NCBI GenBank assembly: GCA_964351925.1
Contig: CAYGQI010000001.1
Span: forward strand, 30,505 to 68,720
Direction: 5' to 3'
Source: an uncultured Anaerolineales bacterium
Lineage (GTDB): Bacteria > Chloroflexota > Anaerolineae > UBA7937 > B3-Chlor
Length of the DNA stretch: 38,216 bases
Of this stretch, positions 31,887 through 38,216 are shown in pieces. The notes beneath the pieces are model-generated. The model searched no databases. It saw nothing but the letters and a program-made list of their open reading frames with translations, and had not been told where the DNA came from. Positions within the stretch are counted from its first letter, which is position 1; every line of letters begins with the position of its first letter. Made by a program: the position numbers and the translations under genes.

Positions 31887-32571
31887 GCTTCTCTCCTCTC
31901 TTGTTGTATTGGCTCTTCCACCCCTTGACCTCGAAGCAGGCGGACTTGAAGTCACACCACTTGCACAGGAACCCCCGATTGTGAGGGAACAGGCCACGCT
32001 TGCTGGCATCCTTCACGATCTCAGCAGCTTGCAGAAGATTGATCTGGTCATCTCCATGATAGAAATGGGAGTAGATTCCAAACTCCCCTGAAACCCCAGC
32101 CACGATGAAGTCGATACGGGCGGGCCATGGCTTACTGATGCCTTTGGGGTTGTCTGCCAGATAGGCCGCGGCCTGAAAGCCCATCGCCTTTGGCACATAC
32201 TTCCCAAAGCTATCCCAGTCATAGGATGCCGTCTTCCAGTCCACGATGACCGGGTCCCCATCAGGAGCCTGTCCCACAGCGTCCACGCGCCTCTCAATGG
32301 CGATCGTGTTGCTGATCGGGAACACCTCATGGAGCTCTCGTATCGGCAAGTGGTAATCAGCGGCCATTCCCATGAGCCTATAGGCAATAGCTCGTTCGGC
32401 GAAAGTGCCCTCGTAGGGGTCCAACTTGTTGTCCATCATGGCGTGGACATTGGTCCCCTGTACCAACACACCGGACGACGACTTGGGCGTGTACGCCTTG
32501 CCCAACTGGTACTGCTTGGGACAGGTAAAGAAGCGAGCCAGTCCGCTGGGGCTAACAATGAACCTGCTCAT
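31870..32571 (-). CDS. PD-(D/E)XK nuclease, Cas4/RecB-like, with a Cys cluster
   Basis: FFTCPKQY near the N-terminus, IVDWKT (D-x-K), C-terminal CKWCDFKSAC. Start chosen at ATG 32571 (ATGA overlap, GGAGAGA RBS); an alternative is 32580. Confidence 0.7.
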   Translation of the reverse strand: MSRFIVSPSGLARFFTCPKQYQLGKAYTPKSSSGVLVQGTNVHAMMDNKLDPYEGTFAERAIAYRLMGMAADYHLPIRELHEVFPISNTIAIERRVDAVGQAPDGDPVIVDWKTASYDWDSFGKYVPKAMGFQAAAYLADNPKGISKPWPARIDFIVAGVSGEFGIYSHFYHGDDQINLLQAAEIVKDASKRGLFPHNRGFLCKWCDFKSACFEVKGWKSQYNKRGEKHDKDD

Positions 32572-32870
32572 TCTCTCCATGCCTTATTCTTGCACCCACA
32601 AATACACTTCGATGCCCTGTGTTTATGCCCACAGTCTGGGCATGGAGTACATGAAGGGATGAGCGAATTCAACAAGTTGTCGTTGTAGTCCACGTGGATG
32701 ACAGGGGTGTAGGTCCCGTCCGTGTTCGGTTCTCCCCACTCAACCCGTAGCCGATTGCCCTGGTTGTCTCTTGTACACAACTTTTCCATGAGATCAATGT
32801 TCATCCTCATCACACGCTCCCACGGGTACACCTCAGTCGTGACGACCGTCTTGATCGGCAACTCACTCAT
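32568..32870 (-). CDS. Hypothetical protein with a Cys-rich C-terminus
   Basis: 100 aa. CTPCPDCGHKHRASKCICGC. ATGA overlaps on both ends. Confidence 0.55.
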   Translation of the reverse strand: MSELPIKTVVTTEVYPWERVMRMNIDLMEKLCTRDNQGNRLRVEWGEPNTDGTYTPVIHVDYNDNLLNSLIPSCTPCPDCGHKHRASKCICGCKNKAWRE

Positions 32871-33079
32871 TCTCCACCATCCTCTCTGAGCACCTTCATT
32901 CCAAGAGTAGCAGCACCGTCATTCTGGTCGTGCTGAATGTAGAATGTCCGTTGGCTGTGCGTCTCCGAGTAGTGAGCCGTGACCTTGTAGGTGCATAACG
33001 TGTCCACTTCCGCTCCGATATTCCTGATGTAGTACCGACGGATAGTGCGATCGTTGATGCCGAGCGTCAAGACCATCAT
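32867..33079 (-). CDS. Hypothetical small protein
   Basis: Start at ATG 33079, overlapping the upstream TGA by 1 nt. 70 aa. Confidence 0.45.
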   Translation of the reverse strand: MMVLTLGINDRTIRRYYIRNIGAEVDTLCTYKVTAHYSETHSQRTFYIQHDQNDGAATLGMKVLREDGGE

Positions 33080-34077
33080 CACTCGTCCTCCTCTTCCTCT
33101 CCGCCATCGCTGTACTTGGCCAGGGCCTCGTAGAATGGCTCGAACTTCTTGGTCTCGTGTGTCTTGGCCCACTCGATCAGGTTCTTCTCCAGAAAGCCCA
33201 TGCTGGTACTCTTGAACTTTCCACTCTTCACATCCAAGATGTCCATCTTGACCGTTGTGCCTCGCTCGGCCAGCTCCAGTTGAACACAGTCCATCACAGC
33301 CGTCATCTCTGGGCTGACCCCGATGCCGGGTATGACCACCATCAGCCCCTTACGCTTGATGTTAGCCCCGCCATACTTCAGCTTCTCCACCTTGATCTCG
33401 GAGCAGAAGCTGCCATCCTTGAACGTCTCTACTCTGTACACCCACAGGCGGACATTGGCCATGTACTTCAGCGTCTCACCACCCGGAGTGGTGTGGCCTC
33501 GGCCCCCTATGACATCGTGGATGTGATTGACCACAAACACAGCCTTGGGTAGCGGGGCAAGCAGGAGCTTGTTGGCCACCCTGCGAGCAAAGTCCGCCGT
33601 CCTCTTAGCACGGACGCCCATGTTGGCTTCGCCCAAGTCCTTCCCCTGTTCTGGGATAGGGCTGAACATGCCAAGACTGTCGAGGATGCCGGAGGTGACG
33701 TCTTCGTCTTCCAGCAGGCGATCGGCCAACTCCTGTATCTGCTCCTCATGTGAGCGCGGCTTGCCCTTGGCATCTCTGTAGTCTGTCGCCTGCACTGTGC
33801 CCTCGAAGCCCGCCTGCAAGATGCTAGACACGGTGTAGTCCTTGTTCATGTTGGCTTCTAGATCAGCGATCAAGATGCGTCCTGGGGAACGCACCCTGCC
33901 CGCCAGATAGTAGGCCAACGACGACTTTCCACTGCCCGGCCTGCCAAAGATTTCGTACAGCGATCGCAGGGGCATACCGTGGCTTCCCTGAAAGCTGAGG
34001 GCTATGTGGTCAAGCGTGTACAACCCTGTCGGTACCCGGACAATCTCCGGCGTTTGACCCTCAAACTTGACCGTCAT
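33079..34077 (-). CDS. RecA-family recombinase/ATPase
   Basis: Walker A GRPGSGKSS. Walker B-like SGILDSLG. GGETLKYMANVRL resembles RecA GGNALKFYASVRL. Acidic C-terminal tail. Confidence 0.7.
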   Translation of the reverse strand: MTVKFEGQTPEIVRVPTGLYTLDHIALSFQGSHGMPLRSLYEIFGRPGSGKSSLAYYLAGRVRSPGRILIADLEANMNKDYTVSSILQAGFEGTVQATDYRDAKGKPRSHEEQIQELADRLLEDEDVTSGILDSLGMFSPIPEQGKDLGEANMGVRAKRTADFARRVANKLLLAPLPKAVFVVNHIHDVIGGRGHTTPGGETLKYMANVRLWVYRVETFKDGSFCSEIKVEKLKYGGANIKRKGLMVVIPGIGVSPEMTAVMDCVQLELAERGTTVKMDILDVKSGKFKSTSMGFLEKNLIEWAKTHETKKFEPFYEALAKYSDGGEEEEDE

Positions 34078-34748
34078 CTCTTCATCGCCCCTATACGGCG
34101 GATGGCTGTCTCGACCGCCTCCTGAACATCCGTGTCCTCACTTCCGATGTTGAAGAACCCGGCTTCCTTGTACTTCGAGTTGCCCTTGCGGAACTTGAGG
34201 TACCCATCTCGCTCCACGAGGTAGATCGTGGCGTTGTTGGCTGACGTTCGAAGACCGCGTACTTCACGAACAATCTGCTTGACGGATGCAACATCATGAG
34301 CCTTGACGACGTTGTCCCAGCTCTCCTCATTCATCTGGTTGTCAGCCGCCGCCGCAGAAACGGCCATCAGTGCATTCATGGGCTTCCCGAGCAGTCTTTC
34401 CTTGGTAGGATCAGCAATCGCCGGGTTCTCAAAGATGCGCCCCCAGACAGCGATGTACTTGTCTACCGTCTGCTGGCTATATCCCATGCGTTTGAACACA
34501 GCGTCCTCGAAGGTGTCATCCGTAGGGAAGCTCGACCACTTCTCTTTCAGCTCGTACAGCAGGTGGGCAATGGACAACGCTCGGGTGTGCCCCTCCATTC
34601 GAAGAGCTGCACCATAGCGCAGTGCGTTCTCTGGCCCTGACCGCATCGCACCATCGATGATCTCGTGAACGTCATCGAAGATTTCCTTGTGTGACTCCGC
34701 GCTTATGGGCAGAGTCTGATCCAGACTTGTTGTTACCTCATCACTCAT
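34074..34748 (-). CDS. Hypothetical protein (replication/recombination module)
   Basis: Start at MSDEVTT (ATG 34748) in ATGA overlap with the UDG stop. 224 aa. Confidence 0.55.
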   Translation of the reverse strand: MSDEVTTSLDQTLPISAESHKEIFDDVHEIIDGAMRSGPENALRYGAALRMEGHTRALSIAHLLYELKEKWSSFPTDDTFEDAVFKRMGYSQQTVDKYIAVWGRIFENPAIADPTKERLLGKPMNALMAVSAAAADNQMNEESWDNVVKAHDVASVKQIVREVRGLRTSANNATIYLVERDGYLKFRKGNSKYKEAGFFNIGSEDTDVQEAVETAIRRIGAMKR

Positions 34749-35254
34749 GTAGCCCTCCACGGTGCGCTCCACTTGGCGAAGCGCTCGATTGCAAGTCGTA
34801 CTTCTCCTACCGACATCTTGGCCTTGCCGATCAGGATGGCAGGGTTGTAGCACGCAACGGCCAACTCAACGGACTCTGGGAACAGATCACTCTTCACTCT
34901 TAGCCCGGTCACGTCTGTGACAGAGACGCCCAAGAAGGCCTTGGCGACCTCGCTCCCCAACAACAGCACAGCCTTCCTTCCCTTCAATTCCTTCTTCGCC
35001 TGAGCCAGATGCCAGTCGAAGTTGCAGTCTTTCACCTTGCCATGTAGCCACAAGTTGGCCACCCGGCAGTCCTCGTACCGTACACCAGCACGAGAGAGTT
35101 CTGCTCGAAGAACCTGTCCCGCTGGTCCCACCCATGGCCTTCCCTCCTTGACTTCTTCCTCACCGGGGAACTCTCCCAAGATGAGGACCTTCGAGCGTAA
35201 CGGACCATCAGACGGCACCAGCAGGCGAGGGCAATGAGGACACGTGGTCCTCAT
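34745..35254 (-). CDS. Uracil-DNA glycosylase superfamily protein, family 4-like
   Basis: LILGEFPGEEEVKEGRPWVGPAGQVL matches the GE.PG..E...G.PF.G.AG..L motif. N-terminal CPHC. Confidence 0.7.
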   Translation of the reverse strand: MRTTCPHCPRLLVPSDGPLRSKVLILGEFPGEEEVKEGRPWVGPAGQVLRAELSRAGVRYEDCRVANLWLHGKVKDCNFDWHLAQAKKELKGRKAVLLLGSEVAKAFLGVSVTDVTGLRVKSDLFPESVELAVACYNPAILIGKAKMSVGEVRLAIERFAKWSAPWRAT

Positions 35255-35496
35255 GATCTATGAACCCTCGGCATGGCCTGGTCAGACGCCACGAAGCCCT
35301 TACGCTTGGCACATTCCCAATTCAGACAGCGCTTGCCGCCCTCTTTGCAGATGAACTCAGGACGTCTGCCGAGGGCCTCTCTGGCGATATTGCGTAGAGA
35401 TAGAGCATCCAGTCTGTCGGAGATGGTGATTTCCTTCAGCGCCGTCTCGTAGCGTTCCTTGGCACATACTGTCGCGAGCACATCGTAGAAGTCCAT
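35251..35496 (-). CDS. Hypothetical small Cys-containing protein
   Basis: 81 aa. Abuts the polymerase stop. ATGA overlap downstream. Confidence 0.5.
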   Translation of the reverse strand: MDFYDVLATVCAKERYETALKEITISDRLDALSLRNIAREALGRRPEFICKEGGKRCLNWECAKRKGFVASDQAMPRVHRS

Positions 35497-37158
35497 CTAC
35501 TCCCCTTTCGCCGCCCAGCTCCTACCCAAGTATACTTCAATGTGAGTAGGGGTTCCAGGCAGAAGCTTCTTTCCGGCCTCTGTCCAAGACGTTCGGTCCA
35601 GCCTCTTATACTTGGCTCCCAAGCCGGTGGTCACATCTGAAACCTTCTCGTCATGGATGACCATGTTTGTCCTGAATTGGAGATCCTCAGCTTTACATAA
35701 CTTGTGCATGTTGACCAAGGATAGCTTGGTCCAGTCCGCCGCCGTCCCTTGAATTGGACTATTGATGGCATTATTCTCCCACTGGTAGTGGTGGAGGTTC
35801 AGCCAGCAGCGCCTGCCCGACGCTGTGCGAACGAACTCGTGCTCCCTGCCCTCCATCTTCTTCTGGCCCATCCACTTGTGGACGCCCTTGTACTCAGTAA
35901 AGAAGCTCGTCATGAAGGCCCTCGCTTGGGGCAATGTGATGTTCAACTGCTTGGCCAAGCCATACTCGGTCAATCCGTAGTTGGAGCCAAGAAAGACCTT
36001 CTTAGCTCCGTCTCTAGGAACGCCCAGGGCTGCTCCAATGGGCCTGTACACGTCGCCAGTGGCCAAAGCGGCTAGAAGTGCCCGATCCCCGCTCAGGGCC
36101 GCTGTGATGGTCGGCTCCTGTTGGGCCACATCCGAGATCAACATGCTCCCATTAGAGGGTATGAAGAAGGTGCGGTAGATAGGGAACTCCCTGATGGGGA
36201 TGTTCTGGAGATTGGGGTCGGCACAGGCCATGCGTCCTGTCTTGTCCGCCCCGGTGATCTTCCAATCGGCGTATACCAAACCGCCCCTCTCCACATTCTC
36301 CTCCAACCACTGCGTCCCATACTTGCTGGACATGTCCCGATACTGGCGAACCTGGAGGATGGCCGTCACCAGCTTGCCCGCCTTGCTTCTCTCGCCTTCC
36401 TTCTCCCGCAAGCTTAGAAGCACGTCGGCCCCGGTGCTATTAAGCGATATGCCAAGTTCCTTGAATGCCGCTGGAACTTGTTTAATGGACTTGACGTTGA
36501 AGCCCAGCTTACCCTCAAGACGAGCCGCCTCTTTGGCCGCGAACTCGGCCTGTGTGCGCCACGCATCCACATCCACCTTGACGGGCGGCATGTCGAGCAC
36601 CGCCCAGATGCACGGTTGGTCGATCTCGTAGTACCAGCGGAAGGTCTCACGCTTCTCCTGAATGTAGGCCATCTGTTTGGCCCCGATCTCTACCACAGCC
36701 GAGGCGTCCATTGCCGCGTACCGTTTCATATCCTGCGTCATGCTGTCTCTCTCGGAGAACTTCTCTCGCACGTCCTTGGGCAGTTCCTTGTTGAGCCAAC
36801 GCCTAGACAGATCAGCCAGCCCGAAGTTGTCGTACCAGCCCCCAAACAGGTCCTGCTCTACTAGCATGGCGTCCCACACGAAGCGCTCATTGATGGTGGC
36901 CCAGCGACGAAGGTGGCGCAGATCGAACAGCGAGTTCTGGATGACCCACTGGCCCTTCTTGACACGCTTGAGTGCCTCTCGCAAATCGGGGATGCCCTGC
37001 ACCTGATACACGTCGCCCCCAAGGAACCCGATACTCAGGCAAGCGAACGTGCCTGTGGGTCGATGGAGGCGAGGCCAATCCATCTTGTAGACCTCGATGT
37101 CTAGGCCCACCAACTCACCCTCATGAGCTTCCCTCGGCAGACCCTCAACGAAGTGCAT
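35497..37158 (-). CDS. Family A DNA polymerase (Pol I-like) with a 3'-5' exonuclease domain and no 5' nuclease domain
   Basis: Exo motifs GLDIEV, QNSLFDLRHL, YAAMDA. Pol motifs DPNLQNIP, RDGAKKVFLGSNYG, VIHDE. GGAGGA RBS. Confidence 0.9.
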   Translation of the reverse strand: MHFVEGLPREAHEGELVGLDIEVYKMDWPRLHRPTGTFACLSIGFLGGDVYQVQGIPDLREALKRVKKGQWVIQNSLFDLRHLRRWATINERFVWDAMLVEQDLFGGWYDNFGLADLSRRWLNKELPKDVREKFSERDSMTQDMKRYAAMDASAVVEIGAKQMAYIQEKRETFRWYYEIDQPCIWAVLDMPPVKVDVDAWRTQAEFAAKEAARLEGKLGFNVKSIKQVPAAFKELGISLNSTGADVLLSLREKEGERSKAGKLVTAILQVRQYRDMSSKYGTQWLEENVERGGLVYADWKITGADKTGRMACADPNLQNIPIREFPIYRTFFIPSNGSMLISDVAQQEPTITAALSGDRALLAALATGDVYRPIGAALGVPRDGAKKVFLGSNYGLTEYGLAKQLNITLPQARAFMTSFFTEYKGVHKWMGQKKMEGREHEFVRTASGRRCWLNLHHYQWENNAINSPIQGTAADWTKLSLVNMHKLCKAEDLQFRTNMVIHDEKVSDVTTGLGAKYKRLDRTSWTEAGKKLLPGTPTHIEVYLGRSWAAKGE

Positions 37159-37567
37159 AGAGCTTCCTCCCCATCACCTGATAAAGCTTGTCCTTGTGAC
37201 GGACAATCATCTCGTCCGGCCATCCCCCATCCCTCAAGGTATACTTGAAGTCGTAGCCCCGGATGAACCCCATGAAGAAGCCTGTTGGATCGCGCACAAC
37301 CCAATACCCATTGATCTTCTCTTGGCGTTCTCTCGCGGCGATCTTGACGCTCCGGTTCTCTGCCCGAGCTGCCTGACGAGCCATGGCCCCCCTGCTGTCG
37401 CACGCTTTGCAGAGAGACCTGTATCCATTCTTGGATCGGTAGAAGTGTGTCTCGATCGGGAATACACCGGAGCATATTGAACAGCACTTGCTACCAGACA
37501 CGGACTTCTTGACGTTCTGCGGCGCGGTCTTCATGGGATAGTAGGGAACATCGCCCCATGTTGTCAT
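37145..37567 (-). CDS. Hypothetical zinc-ribbon protein
   Basis: 140 aa. CCSICSG...(x19)...CKAC. Confidence 0.55.
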   Translation of the reverse strand: MTTWGDVPYYPMKTAPQNVKKSVSGSKCCSICSGVFPIETHFYRSKNGYRSLCKACDSRGAMARQAARAENRSVKIAARERQEKINGYWVVRDPTGFFMGFIRGYDFKYTLRDGGWPDEMIVRHKDKLYQVMGRKLYALR

Positions 37568-37839
37568 GTGTCAAAGCCCTCCTCCTCGTGACTGTCCGAC
37601 CTTACCATGAGCCCAGACGGTAGTACAACCCATGTCTTACGTATCTCCTGCTTCACTGGCTCCAAACCAAGGCGCACCCGAGCCATGTTCCAGCACTGTT
37701 GGCAATCGTCCCGAGTAGCCTCAGTGCCCAACCGGCTCTGATGAATCTGGTAGGCCAGTTCCCGAAGCTCAGGCAGCTTGGTCTTCCACGGCATTTCCGG
37801 CTGTTGTCCATAGAAGGTCTTGTGTCCGTCGTCGCTCAT
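37564..37839 (-). CDS. Hypothetical protein
   Basis: 91-aa ORF with 4-nt overlaps on both sides. Confidence 0.5.
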   Translation of the reverse strand: MSDDGHKTFYGQQPEMPWKTKLPELRELAYQIHQSRLGTEATRDDCQQCWNMARVRLGLEPVKQEIRKTWVVLPSGLMVRSDSHEEEGFDT

Positions 37840-38102
37840 GCTTCCCCCTTCGGCACCCCATGATCACGAACCCACTCAGCTGTTGGACCATAGACGTACA
37901 GTTGACCATTTCCATACGGGCTTCCCCCATAGCCGGGGGCCTGTAGCCAGAAGTCCGTCCCATCATTCCAAAGAGCCGAGATGGTGAATGGGAAACCTGA
38001 TGGTATACCTCGATGGATGGCGAAGTCTTGCCCGTACAGGAAGTTGTTGCATGGTGGGAATGTCACGTGCCCGTAATCCCCGTGGTCGAATATGCTACTC
38101 AT
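37836..38102 (-). CDS. Hypothetical protein
   Basis: 88 aa. AAGGAGGA RBS upstream of ATG 38102. Confidence 0.55.
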   Translation of the reverse strand: MSSIFDHGDYGHVTFPPCNNFLYGQDFAIHRGIPSGFPFTISALWNDGTDFWLQAPGYGGSPYGNGQLYVYGPTAEWVRDHGVPKGEA

Positions 38103-38111
38103 AGTCCTCCT

Positions 38112-38165
38112 TTACACAACTGGACTTGTGGCTATCTTTCTTTCCACAAAGGGGGGTGTCGTCAT
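38112..38165 (-). CDS. Possible 17-aa micro-ORF
   Basis: ATG 38165 in ATGA overlap with the upstream gene's stop, with GGAGGAG upstream. Encodes MTTPPFVERKIATSPVV. Too short to validate. Confidence 0.2.
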   Translation of the reverse strand: MTTPPFVERKIATSPVV

Positions 38166-38216
38166 GGCTTCTCCTCCCCTACGAGGGCGTCCCACTGCTC
38201 ACACATGCAGGCATCG
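38162..38216 (-). CDS. 3' end of a gene that continues beyond the window
   Basis: Open frame ...DACMCEQWDALVGEEKP ending at TGA 38164-38162. Confidence 0.4.
   Translation of the reverse strand, partial: DACMCEQWDALVGEEKP

Noticed and set aside
1-38216. A search for integrase, attachment sites, transposases or terminal inverted repeats that would indicate a mobile element or prophage boundary.
   Set aside because: No recombinase-like ORF or flanking repeat was seen in this window, so nothing supports a boundary here.

Overview
This window looks like a tailed-phage (Caudoviricetes) genome segment with three blocks. There is no integrase, CRISPR array or IS element. (1) 27-25520, + strand: a late module. 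It holds a giant portal-type morphogenesis protein with an HExxH motif, a scaffold, an HK97-type major capsid protein, two small paralogous capsid-associated proteins, a CstII/DUF115-like glycosyltransferase-fold protein, about 20 tail and fibre genes rich in paralogs and internal repeats, a GH25 endolysin and a tail-anchored membrane protein. (2) 25535-28650, + strand: a very dense array of 31 hand-folded tRNA genes whose anticodons cover all 20 amino acids. It is preceded by TTGACA-17-TATTCT and closed by a bidirectional hairpin terminator. Many of these tRNAs break near-universal tRNA rules: C33 in 11, a non-TTC T-loop in 11, short-arm Leu and Tyr, and a CCT trailer after 28 of 31. The array is interrupted by a 181-nt non-tRNA segment that folds into a closed multi-hairpin RNA I cannot assign to a family. 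(3) 28651-38216, - strand: a replication and recombination operon joined by ATGA-type overlaps. It contains family A DNA polymerase, a family-4 UDG, a RecA-like ATPase, a Cas4-like nuclease, a RuvC-like resolvase, a Zn-ribbon SAM methyltransferase flanked by small membrane proteins, and a DEDDh exonuclease. All functional calls rest on motif recognition by eye. No database search was run, and tRNA coordinates are hand-derived (expect +/-2 nt).
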